DNA of 64,000 bases from Candidatus Omnitrophota bacterium (GCA_945877765.1 CAMDWQ010000012.1:1-64000), one strand, 5' to 3'. Positions 25,777-36,138 are shown, counted from the first letter of the stretch. Notes: generated by a model from the letters alone, not told the origin. A program made the numbers and translations.

Positions 25777-27029
25777 TACGAACGAACCTGCCCCGTTCCG
25801 GTGACCACGTATTTATAGGAAGTAAGCTCTTCTAGGCCCATAGGACCGCGCGCATGAAGCTTATCGGTTGAAATGCCCATCTCGGCTCCCATACCAAACT
25901 CTCCCCCATCATTAAAACGAGTGGAGGCGTTCACAAAGACACAGGCGCTATCAACGGATGAGGTAAAAAAATCGGCTGTTTTTTTATCTTGAGTCACAAT
26001 CGCATCCGAGTGACGCGATCCGTATTTCTGAATGTGTGCCACCGCGGCCTTGGCGTCCTTGACAACCCGCACTGCAAGAATCAAATCAAGATACTCCGCA
26101 TGCCAGTCTTCCTCGGATGCTTTTTTGGCATCGGGAATAAGTTTGAGCGTTTTTTGGTCGCCTCTGATTTCAACGTTTTTTTGGCGCAGCTCGAGTGCCA
26201 GTGTCGGCAAAAAAGAGACCGCCACCGCTTCGTCCACAAGCAAAGTTTCCATTGCGTTGCAAACCCCTGGATTTTGGGTTTTAGCGTTGATCACAATCGA
26301 GGCTGCTTTTTTTAAATCTGCTTTTTTGTCCACAAACACATGGCAGACGCCCTTGTAGTGCTTAATCACCGGAATTTTCGAAACTTTCGCCACTTGTCGG
26401 ATCAACCCTTCCCCGCCGCGTGGAATCACAAGGTCGATAGACTCGCTCAAAGTCAGAAGTTTTTTTACCGACTGACGGTCTCGGGTTGTCACAAGCCCAA
26501 AAGCGCCGGCTGGCACCCCTATTTTTAAAGCCGCTTTTTTGAGGACATTAAATAGAATACGGTTTGATTGCAGCGCTTCGCTGCCGCCTTTTAAAATCAC
26601 ACCATTCCCTGACTTAAGGCAGAGCGCCATACAATCAGCAGTGACATTAGGACGTGATTCATAAATAATTAAAATGACACCCAGCGGCACTCCGACCTTC
26701 TGAATAAGCAAACCATTAGGTCTCTTGCGTGACCAAATCACACGATTCACCGGGTCTTGGAGGCTGGCAATGAGATTAAGAGAATCGGACATCCCCTGGA
26801 TTTTTTTGTCGCTAAGCTCAAGACGGCTGACTAGACTCGCCGCTAGGCCTTTATTTTTAGCAGCCTCAACGTCTTTTTTATTTTCATTCAAAATCATATC
26901 TTGATTCTTCAGAACAGCGGCAGCCATGGCTTTCAGCGCGGCATTTTTTATTGCAGAGGGTAAAAGCGAAAGTGGGTACGACGCCTTTTTGGCTAGAGCG
27001 GCGATCGCGCTCATTGAGGAGACATCCAT
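25776..27029 (-). CDS. proA: Gamma-glutamyl phosphate reductase
   Basis: 417 aa of aldehyde-dehydrogenase-like fold, adjacent to proB. Confidence 0.9.
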   Translation of the reverse strand: MDVSSMSAIAALAKKASYPLSLLPSAIKNAALKAMAAAVLKNQDMILNENKKDVEAAKNKGLAASLVSRLELSDKKIQGMSDSLNLIASLQDPVNRVIWSRKRPNGLLIQKVGVPLGVILIIYESRPNVTADCMALCLKSGNGVILKGGSEALQSNRILFNVLKKAALKIGVPAGAFGLVTTRDRQSVKKLLTLSESIDLVIPRGGEGLIRQVAKVSKIPVIKHYKGVCHVFVDKKADLKKAASIVINAKTQNPGVCNAMETLLVDEAVAVSFLPTLALELRQKNVEIRGDQKTLKLIPDAKKASEEDWHAEYLDLILAVRVVKDAKAAVAHIQKYGSRHSDAIVTQDKKTADFFTSSVDSACVFVNASTRFNDGGEFGMGAEMGISTDKLHARGPMGLEELTSYKYVVTGTGQVRS

Positions 27030-27030
27030 C

Positions 27031-27879
27031 CTATTTCCCGTTTCGTATCTGTTTTGAAAAATGCAATGCCCAGTTTTTGCGGATTTGCCCTTTTTTTATT
27101 TGGGGCAAAAAAAACGTACCGATGTCTTCACCGGCAAACAGACGCAGAAGCACATCATGCTCACGCCCCCCCGCCAAGAAAACCGGCACCCCCGAATCCA
27201 CACTCATCCGCACCGCTTTTAGCTTAGAATGCATTCCGCCGACAGTAAAATCTTTTTTCTGATCGCGAACATGGGCAAAAATTTGCTCACCAATTTTTTC
27301 GACAAATTGGATACGCTGTCCATCCCCGGAAGCGGAGCGCGCGTAAAGCCCGTTAGTATCCGAAAGAATGGTCAGAGCATCAGCCTCCAACAGAATAGCG
27401 ATCAGTGCCGAGAGCCTGTCGTTATCACCGAAGCGAATCTCATCCGTAGCCACCGTATCATTTTCGTTGATGATCGGCACTAAACCCCGGCGCTGGATTT
27501 CCTTGAGCGTACGCTTGGCATTCGTAAAACGATTTTTGTGAGCTAAATCGTCCCACGTCAGGAGCACTTGCGCTGTTGAAAATCCGCGCCGCGAAAAAGC
27601 TTCCTCCCAGCATTGCATCAAGTATCTTTGGCCCACGGCTGCCGCCGCTTGCAAACCTTGCATGGTGCGAGGACGCTTTTTTTCCTTTAAAATGACCATC
27701 CCTGCCCCAATCGCGCCAGAGCTCACCACAGAGACACGAATCCCTTTTTTTAAAAATACAGAAATTTGCGACGCTAGAGCGTCCAAGCGATTTTTGTCAA
27801 ATTGCCCGTCTCGGGTCAGGATTGAAGTCCCTACTTTGACGACCATTGAGCGTATCGCCTTGGTAAAATTTTTTCTCAT
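27031..27879 (-). CDS. proB: Glutamate 5-kinase (short form, no PUA domain)
   Basis: Amino-acid kinase fold (VVKVGTSIL ... VVSSGAIGAG). Confidence 0.9.
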   Translation of the reverse strand: MRKNFTKAIRSMVVKVGTSILTRDGQFDKNRLDALASQISVFLKKGIRVSVVSSGAIGAGMVILKEKKRPRTMQGLQAAAAVGQRYLMQCWEEAFSRRGFSTAQVLLTWDDLAHKNRFTNAKRTLKEIQRRGLVPIINENDTVATDEIRFGDNDRLSALIAILLEADALTILSDTNGLYARSASGDGQRIQFVEKIGEQIFAHVRDQKKDFTVGGMHSKLKAVRMSVDSGVPVFLAGGREHDVLLRLFAGEDIGTFFLPQIKKGQIRKNWALHFSKQIRNGK

Positions 27880-28832
27880 ACCGAGGACCGTAGTTTATTC
27901 AAAAGAGCTGGCACTCCCTCACCCGTCACCGCGGAAATGGGGAAAATCTCTTTTTTTATCTTTTTTTTGAATTCTTTTAGGCGCTCTTTGGCTTCCGGTA
28001 CATCCATTTTATTAGCCACAATGATTTCGTGTTTCTCCGCCAGTTTTTCTGAGTAACCTGAAAGCTCGGCGCGTAAAGCACGGTAATCCGAAATCGGGTC
28101 CCGCCCATCCACCGCCGCAAAATCAATTACATGCAAAAGAATTCGTGTGCGTTCCACATGCTTTAAAAATTCAAGCCCAAGCCCGCGTCCTTCATGCGCC
28201 CCTTCGATGATACCTGGAATGTCCGCCAAAACCAGTGTTTGCCCATCGTCTTCAAATTTTACCACACCAAGAATCGGATTTTTAGTCGTAAAGGGATAGG
28301 GCGCTATTTTTGAACGAGCATTGGACACGCGCGAGATCAAAGTAGATTTTCCCGCATTGGGAAACCCCACCAGCCCCGCATCCGCAATCAGTTTTAAACG
28401 CAGCAAGATATCTTTTTGCTCGCCAGGCTCACCGGGAGTGGCCTCATTTTTTTTATCATTGCCTTTGCCGGCAGCTCCGCCCTTGCAAACGACCACACGC
28501 AAGCCAATATGATCCAAGTCTCGCAGGAGCTCTCCCGTTGCTCTGTCAAAAACTTCAGTACCTGGAGGCACGCCAATCACCCGGTCCGCCGCGCAATAGC
28601 CGGTCTTAAAACTACTGGAGCCGTTTCCGCCCTTATCAGCTTCAAACTGGCGGTTCATTTGAAAATCTAGGAGGGTTTGAATGTTGGGCTGGGCTTCCAA
28701 AATAATCGATCCACCGTCACCCCCGTCCCCTCCAGTAGGCTTGTAATGCCTCGGCCTAGAACGGTCAAGGCTATGACAGCCTTTTCCGCCAGCACCGGCA
28801 ATACACGTAATGACTGCTTCATCAACAAACAT
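27876..28832 (-). CDS. obg: GTPase Obg (short C-terminus)
   Basis: Glycine-rich Obg fold (GGDGGDGGSI) and G-domain GFPNAGKST. Confidence 0.85.
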   Translation of the reverse strand: MFVDEAVITCIAGAGGKGCHSLDRSRPRHYKPTGGDGGDGGSIILEAQPNIQTLLDFQMNRQFEADKGGNGSSSFKTGYCAADRVIGVPPGTEVFDRATGELLRDLDHIGLRVVVCKGGAAGKGNDKKNEATPGEPGEQKDILLRLKLIADAGLVGFPNAGKSTLISRVSNARSKIAPYPFTTKNPILGVVKFEDDGQTLVLADIPGIIEGAHEGRGLGLEFLKHVERTRILLHVIDFAAVDGRDPISDYRALRAELSGYSEKLAEKHEIIVANKMDVPEAKERLKEFKKKIKKEIFPISAVTGEGVPALLNKLRSSV

Positions 28833-28880
28833 AGTTAGCCCTTGGAAAGAAAATCAATGGGTAAGACTGGCGAGAGAAGC

Positions 28881-29132
28881 TTAAACAGCGTCTGAAGGGA
28901 TAATGTTCACTCGATAAGACGGTTTGAAGCTTACAATCCCGTCCTTCAGAGCAAAAATCGTAAAATCGCGGCCTTGTGCCACATACAATCCCGGGCGAAA
29001 ATTACTGCCCTTCTGGCGGACAATGATACTGCCGGCTGTCACAAATTCACCGCCATAGCGTTTGACGCCAAGGCGCTGGGACTGTGAATCGCGGCCGTTT
29101 TTTGAACTACCTAAACCTTTTTTATGTGCCAT
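28881..29132 (-). CDS. rpmA: 50S ribosomal protein L27
   Basis: [24 protein letters not shown] is the L27 N-terminus. Confidence 0.9.
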   Translation of the reverse strand: MAHKKGLGSSKNGRDSQSQRLGVKRYGGEFVTAGSIIVRQKGSNFRPGLYVAQGRDFTIFALKDGIVSFKPSYRVNIIPSDAV

Positions 29133-29162
29133 AAATCTTTAATCGCTTCTCTTTTGATACGC

Positions 29163-29474
29163 CTAAGCGTGAATAGATTTAATTTTTACTTTCAAATAAT
29201 TTTGGCGATGCCCGCGCTTGGTGGCCGATTTCTCACGACGGATATATTTAAACGAAATTGACTTAGGCCCGCGAAACTCTTTAATGAGTTCAGCTTCGCA
29301 GTAAGCGCCTTTAAGAAAAGGTCTTCCCACATCCACCTTTGAGTCGTTGGAGACCAATAACACTTGATCAAGCTTGAGGACCTTGGATTTACCCAATTCC
29401 AATAGCTCGATGGAGAGCTCTTCGCCCTCTCGGACCTTATATTGTTTCCCGCCTGTCTTAATGATAGCAAACAT
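29163..29474 (-). CDS. rplU: 50S ribosomal protein L21
   Basis: MFAIIKTGGKQYKV is the L21 N-terminus. Start placed at this ATG rather than the longer track ORF. Confidence 0.85.
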   Translation of the reverse strand: MFAIIKTGGKQYKVREGEELSIELLELGKSKVLKLDQVLLVSNDSKVDVGRPFLKGAYCEAELIKEFRGPKSISFKYIRREKSATKRGHRQNYLKVKIKSIHA

Positions 29475-29485
29475 AGTGTGAGAAA

Positions 29486-31069
29486 TTACCATAGCTTCTT
29501 TCTTTTGTCAAGCACCCGTTTAAGTTTCACGTCTTCCACATGCAAATGCAAATCACCCACGAGCGAAATCCGATTTTGCGTCTGCGCTTCAATTGCGTGA
29601 ATCATTTTACAATTATCTCGGCTTAGCACTTCAATGACATCCGGGCATGACGTTAGCTCCACATGTTCTTTGCGTATATTTTTTACAAATACCGACAACT
29701 TAAGAAGCGCGTCACTGGCCACCGTCTCCCTGGATTTGACAATACCCTTCCCCTGGCAATAAGGACACTCTTGGGTCGAGGCGCTTTCCAGACTCTTTCG
29801 CATCCGCTGACGAGTCATTTCTACCAGCCCCAGCTGCGAAAGATTAAGAAAACTTGTTTTCGCACGGTCGCGCCGTAAGGATTCCTCCAAGATTCTCAAA
29901 ACCTGGCGGCGATGATCCGCCATTTCCATGTCAATAAAATCAATAATAATAATTCCGCCTAAATCTCTTAGGCGAATTTGTTTGGCAATTTCGCGAGCCG
30001 CCTCACAGTTGGTTCGAAACGCAGTTTCCTCAAGATTTTTGGTACCGGTAAATTTTCCGGTGTTCACATCGATCGCTACCAGTGCCTCCGTCTGTTCAAT
30101 CACTAGATGCCCGCCGCTTTTTAGCGCCGCGCGGGGTTCATAAATCTTTTCAATCTCTCTTTGAATTCCATGAGCCGCAAACAAAGGCGCCTCGCCCCCA
30201 TAAAGCAGAAGCTTCGGCCGCAAATTCGGCACCGCCGCCCGCATAAAGCGGTCGACCTTACGAAATTCCTCACGGTCATTGATCATGATGCGGTCAAAAC
30301 TTTCGTTTAAGACGTCACGCACCATGCGTATAATGAGGCCATATTCCTCATGGACCGCTACCGGCGCTTTGTGGAGGGTGCAGCGGCGCTGAATCATTTT
30401 CCACTGATGGATTAAAAAACGGATATCACGCTCCAAGATTTTGGCATCACAACCCCAAGCAGCAGTCCGTACAATCAAACCGCTATCCTTAGGCAGATTG
30501 ATAGCTTTGATGATCTGGCGGATTCGGTCGCGCTCCTTACGGTCATCGATACGTTTCGAGATGCCCACATGCGGGTGATGCGGCATAAACACGACAAATC
30601 GCCCCGCTAGCGATATCTGGCAGGTCAAGCGCGCGCCCTTTGTGCCAAAAGGCTCCTTCACCACCTGCACCAGCACCTCCTGGTCTTTTTTAAGGACATC
30701 CTGAATTAGGGGTATATTCTCACGCTTGTCACGGCGTCCGTGCGAGTGATGGGCTGTCTTTGGCGGGCTCTGGACAACAGCCTCAGCGTCTGGCTTGTCA
30801 CCATTCTCCCCAAAATCCGCATCCTCTCCCTCAAGACCCCCTCCCAATACATCCGCGACATATAAAAAACCATTCTTTTCAAGCCCGATATCGATAAAAG
30901 CCGCGCCAATACCGGGCACAATCGAGCTGACTTTTCCTTTATAAATAGAGCCCACCAGCTGTTTGTCGCTTAGCCGCTCCACATAGTATTCTTCTAAGTG
31001 GCCATCTTCAACCACCGCCACTTTTTTTGTTTGAAATTCCAAACTAACCAAAATTTCCTTCTTCATCAA
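29486..31069 (-). CDS. Ribonuclease E/G family endoribonuclease
   Basis: 527 aa. S1 domain, then the RNase E/G catalytic core (DIGLEKNGFLYV ... IIIDFIDM). Confidence 0.85.
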   Translation of the reverse strand: MMKKEILVSLEFQTKKVAVVEDGHLEEYYVERLSDKQLVGSIYKGKVSSIVPGIGAAFIDIGLEKNGFLYVADVLGGGLEGEDADFGENGDKPDAEAVVQSPPKTAHHSHGRRDKRENIPLIQDVLKKDQEVLVQVVKEPFGTKGARLTCQISLAGRFVVFMPHHPHVGISKRIDDRKERDRIRQIIKAINLPKDSGLIVRTAAWGCDAKILERDIRFLIHQWKMIQRRCTLHKAPVAVHEEYGLIIRMVRDVLNESFDRIMINDREEFRKVDRFMRAAVPNLRPKLLLYGGEAPLFAAHGIQREIEKIYEPRAALKSGGHLVIEQTEALVAIDVNTGKFTGTKNLEETAFRTNCEAAREIAKQIRLRDLGGIIIIDFIDMEMADHRRQVLRILEESLRRDRAKTSFLNLSQLGLVEMTRQRMRKSLESASTQECPYCQGKGIVKSRETVASDALLKLSVFVKNIRKEHVELTSCPDVIEVLSRDNCKMIHAIEAQTQNRISLVGDLHLHVEDVKLKRVLDKRKKLW

Positions 31070-31100
31070 AAAATCTCCTTATCTAGGGTTCTCTTCCAGC

Positions 31101-31153
31101 AAAAAAAAGCGCACCGTAAAATCCGTTGATGGATTTCATCTGATGCGCTTTTT
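31101..31153 (-). terminator. Rho-independent terminator after pilQ (hairpin plus T8; bidirectional in appearance)
   Basis: aaaaagcgcaC...Gtgcgctttttttt on the minus strand, with an A-run / T-run on both sides. Confidence 0.5.
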
Positions 31154-31195
31154 AAGCAGTAATTTAAATTTTAAAAAACCAGTCGACGTGGAAGC

Positions 31196-32743
31196 TTAAA
31201 ACTTTTCCGTCTGCGGTGGATGTGCCATGGGCACAACTTGATCGTTGACCACTTCGACTGTCATAAAAAATAAAATATCTGTTTTAATTACTGCTGTTTC
31301 ATGGTGCTTAAAAAGCTTTCCAATTAAAGGCGCATCGCCCAAAAACGGTACTTTTGTCTTTGTCGTTGATTTTTCTTCTTTAATCAATCCTCCGATAGCA
31401 ATAGTTTGTCCTGACTTAATACGGACCTGAGTCACCGCTTCACGGGTGGTGAAGTGAGGTGCTTTGATATCCGCGGTAATCTCGTCGTACCCTAAAAGGG
31501 TTGTTATTTCTGGATGAACGCTGACAACGATCTCGTTTGCATCATTCACCGTGGGAGTCACCGCAAGGCGCACCCCCACATCCTTATTGGTATAACCTGT
31601 AATTTCCATCTTTCCCGTTGAACTGTTTCGTTCAAAAAGAGGTATCGAAATAACGTCTCCGACAAGAATCTTGGCTTCCTTATTATTGAGGGTCACAATG
31701 TGAGGCTCCGATAGAACCTTGGAGTCTTTACGGCTTTCTATCATCTGAAGAACCGCTTTGAACTGAGACATATCAATGGTTCCGAATTTAAAATCTGAGG
31801 GCAGTGCCACAGGAAAAGTGGGTTGCAAATTTGCAAACTGCGCGCCAAGATCATCGACGGCAAACCCAGGCCCTTCGGGAAAACTAGCGTTTCGAGTAGT
31901 GGTATAAGTGGTGATAGCCGGCGTAGTAACAATGCCCGTGTCGCCGTCCACGACCGGGGCGCTTGTAGATTTAGAGGTGTATGTCTCTTTGCCGCCCGGC
32001 AAAAATTGAGCTATGCCAGAACGTTGACGTGCATTAAAAGGAAATGTGGTAGGCCGCGTACTCCCCGAAAGAGAGGCGTCTATATTCCACTTAACTCCCA
32101 TTTTATCCGCATCGCCCAGCGTAAGCTCGATCACTTTGGCATGAATCAAAACCTGAGGCGTTTTGCGGTCAAGCCTCTCGACTACTTTTTGGACACCCTG
32201 TAAAATCGTCGGCATATCGGTAACAATCACTGTGTTGGAACGCACATCGGAACGAATTTTTCCTCGCTCGCTAAGCATGTCCTTCAGTGATTTTTCTACT
32301 TCCGCGGCTTGGGAATAATTGAGAGTGAATACCTCGGTTGAGAGCTCGCCTTTTTTAAGGTTATCTAGGGTGGTAACGCGCACAATCGTATCGTCGCGGT
32401 CATAAGCATAGCCATAGGTTTTCAAAACTACGTCCAGTGCTTTTTCCCAAGGCACATCCACCAGGCGTATCGTTACTGTACCAACCACATCCTTACCCGC
32501 AACAATGTTGACCCCGCTTTTAAAAGAAATAACGCGTAAAACATTTTGAATATCAGCATCCTTAAAATCGACCGTCACATTTCCTGAATTTGAAAGCGCC
32601 GCTGCGGGGGGTGGCTGCGGATTACTCGGCTCAGCTGCTGGTAAAGGAAGAACCTCTGCATGAACCGCAGCTTGAAATGAGACTATCGCTGCGAGCAGAC
32701 CAAACAAAACAACCAAACCAGCTCTCTTCAAGCTTAAATTCAT
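31196..32743 (-). CDS. pilQ: Type IV pilus secretin PilQ
   Basis: Signal peptide, AMIN/N-domains, and a C-terminal secretin domain (GGLIKEEKSTTKTKVPFLGDAPLIGKLF). Confidence 0.85.
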   Translation of the reverse strand: MNLSLKRAGLVVLFGLLAAIVSFQAAVHAEVLPLPAAEPSNPQPPPAAALSNSGNVTVDFKDADIQNVLRVISFKSGVNIVAGKDVVGTVTIRLVDVPWEKALDVVLKTYGYAYDRDDTIVRVTTLDNLKKGELSTEVFTLNYSQAAEVEKSLKDMLSERGKIRSDVRSNTVIVTDMPTILQGVQKVVERLDRKTPQVLIHAKVIELTLGDADKMGVKWNIDASLSGSTRPTTFPFNARQRSGIAQFLPGGKETYTSKSTSAPVVDGDTGIVTTPAITTYTTTRNASFPEGPGFAVDDLGAQFANLQPTFPVALPSDFKFGTIDMSQFKAVLQMIESRKDSKVLSEPHIVTLNNKEAKILVGDVISIPLFERNSSTGKMEITGYTNKDVGVRLAVTPTVNDANEIVVSVHPEITTLLGYDEITADIKAPHFTTREAVTQVRIKSGQTIAIGGLIKEEKSTTKTKVPFLGDAPLIGKLFKHHETAVIKTDILFFMTVEVVNDQVVPMAHPPQTEKF

Positions 32744-33189
32744 GTCAATTCTTTCTTGGGTTGGTCAGACTCGTGCTGCGTTTTAAATCCTTCAACATCG
32801 TTCACCGAAAGCAAAGCTCCGTTGGGCTCGATTTTTAATACTTTGACGGCTCCATACTCTTCGCCTTCTTTCAAAACAGCATCATTGGCGATAATCATCG
32901 ACCCATGCTGAGGATCATAGATCACCCCCTGAATCGTAATCTCATCAATACTCTCAACACCGATAAGCGTCGAGGCGGCTTGGCGCGTTGTCTTGGTCAC
33001 CAGCGGCGCAAAAGGGTCTCGCCGGCCCTGCCCGTCATAAAGCTCTGCAGCAGCTACCTGTGTGTTTACCGACAAAAAAATGATACCAAATGCCGTCAAA
33101 ACATTCCACAAAAAGAAACAGGCTGAACGCTTAGGCACAGAAAGATTATTTATTTTTTGCATAGGCTTCAATGGACAACTCCACGACAT
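32740..33189 (-). CDS. PilP-like pilus assembly lipoprotein
   Basis: Small periplasmic protein between pilO and pilQ, overlapping both. Assignment is by position. Confidence 0.5.
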   Translation of the reverse strand: MSWSCPLKPMQKINNLSVPKRSACFFLWNVLTAFGIIFLSVNTQVAAAELYDGQGRRDPFAPLVTKTTRQAASTLIGVESIDEITIQGVIYDPQHGSMIIANDAVLKEGEEYGAVKVLKIEPNGALLSVNDVEGFKTQHESDQPKKELT

Positions 33190-33745
33190 GTCTGCGTTCG
33201 TCTGACGAATTAGTGGTAATGCGAAGATCGATCACCTTAAAAAAAACTGGCCCCGACTCGAGCGAAGAAATAAACTTGCCAAGATCGTGCGTTGCGGCTA
33301 CGGCATTGATATGGATCGGAATTTTGGTGAGCTCTGCACCCTCAGCCGATGTTTCTAGGGGTTTGAGTGAAATAATTTTTACTTGAGAAGCCTGCGCTAG
33401 CTTCGAAAGGCTCTCTAAAAGAGACGAAATTTCTTCCTGCGGTATAAATTGCTTGTCCGCTTCCGCTAGTTTTTCGCGGGTCGTGGCCCATAGTTTATCA
33501 ATGTTGGCATGATTCCCCTTATCCTCGCGCAACGCTCTAAGCTTTTCATTCTCGGTTACCAGCTCCGGCGCTGCCTGCGTAAACACATAGATCACCGGCC
33601 GGACCAGCACCAAATAGTCAACCAGCAAAACTAAAGCAAACAAAGCTCCCACGATCAGACTTTTTTGTGATTGATCTCTATTCTCAAGAAACTGGTTAAA
33701 CTTTTCGACTGTCCCCGAAAGAAAAGCAAAGGGTGAAGATTTCAT
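33146..33745 (-). CDS. pilO: Type IV pilus assembly protein PilO
   Basis: Single N-terminal TM helix plus a periplasmic domain, third gene of the pilMNOPQ operon. Confidence 0.6.
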   Translation of the reverse strand: MKSSPFAFLSGTVEKFNQFLENRDQSQKSLIVGALFALVLLVDYLVLVRPVIYVFTQAAPELVTENEKLRALREDKGNHANIDKLWATTREKLAEADKQFIPQEEISSLLESLSKLAQASQVKIISLKPLETSAEGAELTKIPIHINAVAATHDLGKFISSLESGPVFFKVIDLRITTNSSDERRHVVELSIEAYAKNK

Positions 33746-34407
33746 GAGGACGGCGCCTTGTTTGGTTTAAACGTGCAATAGATAGAAAAGTCATAGACAT
33801 CAAAGTCGCGAATCTTCTTTTGCGTAAGATTAGACAGCTCAATGTCTGAAAAAAGCTCGCGAAATACAGGATTGGATTGAAGCCCTTTAATAAATTTCCC
33901 CGTAAAAGCTGTCTCTTCCCCCTGACCTACCGTACTGCCGTCCAATTTTAGTATTTTAACATTCATCTCTGTTTTTTTGGTATCCGTCGATTTGGAGCCG
34001 GCGGACTTGGGGGTAGGTTTGGAAATTTCAACCTTGGATTCGATCACTGAAAACCCTGTCAACCAGACACCCTTGGTCGTGGAATGGGTTAAAGCGTTTA
34101 AAAGAGATGCCCAGGAATATTTTCTTTCCACGCTTGCTTGTATTTTTTTAAGGCGGTTCTGAAGCACTAAGATATCGGCTTTTTTTTGAATGATAGCACT
34201 GCTTTCGACAGTGAGGCTAGCCAACTGAGCCTTCACCTGCCTAAGACTGATCACTTTGTACACGGCAAACGAACTCAGCGCTAGCTGTAGCACAAAAACA
34301 AATCCAGCAAGCGCAACAAAGGTCTTTATGATTGGTATCTGCGGGACTACAAATTTGGGTGCCGCCTTGGGCCGCCGGTCCGCCGGAAGAAGATTAATTT
34401 CAATCAT
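33742..34407 (-). CDS. pilN: Type IV pilus assembly protein PilN
   Basis: MIEINLLP is the PilN hallmark N-terminus, followed by a TM helix. Confidence 0.7.
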   Translation of the reverse strand: MIEINLLPADRRPKAAPKFVVPQIPIIKTFVALAGFVFVLQLALSSFAVYKVISLRQVKAQLASLTVESSAIIQKKADILVLQNRLKKIQASVERKYSWASLLNALTHSTTKGVWLTGFSVIESKVEISKPTPKSAGSKSTDTKKTEMNVKILKLDGSTVGQGEETAFTGKFIKGLQSNPVFRELFSDIELSNLTQKKIRDFDVYDFSIYCTFKPNKAPSS

Positions 34408-35414
34408 TTTCGAAATCCTCCCAATCCCCGAAGCGTCATCCCAAGCGCTACGACCAGCTCGGAACCATGCTCTTTCAAAAATTGCGGCTGTATCGCGCCT
34501 AGTGGGCGCAAGTTTTTAGTGGGGTCCCAGAGCTCAAAGGGCTTCCCAGTCTCCTCGGCTAACAACTCCAGCGCATTGGCTGCCAAAGCCCCGCCGCCGC
34601 TTAGGTATATTTTTTTTAGACCCTCTTTCATTTCGTTTTCAACATAATCAATGGAGTGGCGAATTTCTTCGCAAAGAGGCTCGAAACCTTTCTCCGTGGC
34701 AGCCTTAAGAAAAGTCTCTTCGGTCGCCGGTTTTTGTATTTTCAAGACCCCTGCCTCCGCCTCTGAGATCGCTTTTGTTTCTGCCAAAGCATTGGTCACG
34801 CTGCTTCCGCCCGTGGTAATCTCGCGCACAAAGAGAGGCAAACCATCATCCACAATCGCTAAAGCGCTCATTTTATGGCCTATATTTAAAAGCCCATAAG
34901 ACTTTTCTTCGCAGGCGGGATTTAAAGTCGAGAAAGCGTTGACCAGACAAAAAATATCCAAATCCATGACCTCTGGATAAATCCCCGCTTCCGCTAAAAG
35001 TTTACAACGGGCATCTACAAGATCCTTTTTGGCTGCCACCAGCAAAATGCTCATTTCCTTCTTAGCTGAATCTTGTTTTAAAATCTGATAGTCCAGCAGA
35101 CAGTCTTCAATAGAAAATGGGATGTGGCTTTCGGCCTCAAATCGTATCGCCCCCTCCAGTTCGCGGGGGGTCAAAAGCGGCATGGAAATACGGCGAATGA
35201 TAACCGAGGAGCCTGAAATGGCTACGCGAACATGGCGCGCTGAAGACAGGTTCAATTGCCCAAGAGCCTTGGGAATATCCAGCCCTCCGGTCAGCGGTAG
35301 AATCTCAGCGCGTTGAAGCTCGATGGACGCACCCGATTGAAGCACTTCAACACACTTGACCGAATGACTTCCGATATCAAGCCCGACGATCGTTTCGGTT
35401 TTTTTGGATTTCAA
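34404..35414 (-). CDS. pilM: Type IV pilus assembly protein PilM (actin-like ATPase fold)
   Basis: IVGLDIGSHSVKCVEV start, FtsA/actin-like fold. Confidence 0.8.
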   Translation of the reverse strand: MKSKKTETIVGLDIGSHSVKCVEVLQSGASIELQRAEILPLTGGLDIPKALGQLNLSSARHVRVAISGSSVIIRRISMPLLTPRELEGAIRFEAESHIPFSIEDCLLDYQILKQDSAKKEMSILLVAAKKDLVDARCKLLAEAGIYPEVMDLDIFCLVNAFSTLNPACEEKSYGLLNIGHKMSALAIVDDGLPLFVREITTGGSSVTNALAETKAISEAEAGVLKIQKPATEETFLKAATEKGFEPLCEEIRHSIDYVENEMKEGLKKIYLSGGGALAANALELLAEETGKPFELWDPTKNLRPLGAIQPQFLKEHGSELVVALGMTLRGLGGFRK

Positions 35415-35491
35415 ACAACTTCTCCATTGGCTCTAAAAACAACTTCTATAGAACTATATAATTATTAATAAAACTCATTAAGCTACTGCGA

Positions 35492-35521
35492 ATTATAGTA
35501 TAAATTACTACTGTATGTCAA
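35492..35521 (-). promoter_or_regulatory. Sigma70-like promoter for pilMNOPQ (TTGACA-N18-TATAAT)
   Basis: Consensus hexamers read on the minus strand about 70 nt upstream of the pilM ATG. Confidence 0.45.
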
Positions 35522-35554
35522 AAAAAATCACGTCAATAAATAATCAATAAAAAA

Positions 35555-35584
35555 CCCTCACCCAAACTGGGTGAGGGTTTTTTA
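35555..35584. terminator. Bidirectional rho-independent terminator (ccctcaccc-aaact-gggtgaggg flanked by an A-run and a T-run)
   Basis: GC-rich hairpin with U-tracts on both strands, located between the pilin stop and the pilM promoter. Confidence 0.6.
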
Positions 35585-35602
35585 TTTCAGCAACCCGATC
35601 GG

Positions 35603-35953
35603 TTACGGTAGCGTGTGAAGTAATGTAACTGCATTGGGACATGTAGGAACAGCGCTGATTGCGGCGATACCGTAAGCCCCTCCATTAGGACACACAGGAA
35701 ACGTGCCTTTGACGTACGTGCCTAACTGTACAGCTGTAGGCACAGTAGCTTCTGCAACACCAGCCGTATCCAACGCATACTGATCCTTCGCCGACGAAAT
35801 CATTCGGAGGTTGTTAATGCAAGCGTTCTTCTTCGCGTTGGTTCTAGCGGTGACGAAATTTGGGACCGCAATAGCCGCCAAAAGACCGATAATGGCTACG
35901 ACGATCATGATTTCTACCAACGTAAAACCTTTGGTGTTTTTCATGAGCTTCAT
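35603..35953 (-). CDS. Type IV pilin (prepilin with an N-terminal methylation motif)
   Basis: MKLMKNTKGFTLVEIMIVVAIIGLLAAIAVPNF carries the class III leader G/FTLVE and a hydrophobic alpha-1 helix. AGGAG ribosome-binding site. Confidence 0.85.
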   Translation of the reverse strand: MKLMKNTKGFTLVEIMIVVAIIGLLAAIAVPNFVTARTNAKKNACINNLRMISSAKDQYALDTAGVAEATVPTAVQLGTYVKGTFPVCPNGGAYGIAAISAVPTCPNAVTLLHTLP

Positions 35954-36109
35954 TTTAAGTCTCCTAAGTTTTATCTCTTAAAAACCTTTGTACCTAAAAG
36001 AAGAAAGGATCCGTATTACTTTGGATTATGATGACGATTTACTGCCACCCCACCCTCTTCGTAAGAAACATTTGGTTTTGTCAGAGATCGATTAACTTCT
36101 ACAATCAAA

Positions 36110-36138
36110 AGCATACCATACGATACAAATCATGTCAA
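36110..36138 (-). promoter_or_regulatory. Sigma70-like promoter upstream of the pilin gene (TTGACA-N17-TATGCT)
   Basis: Read on the minus strand about 150 nt upstream of the pilin ATG. Confidence 0.4.
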
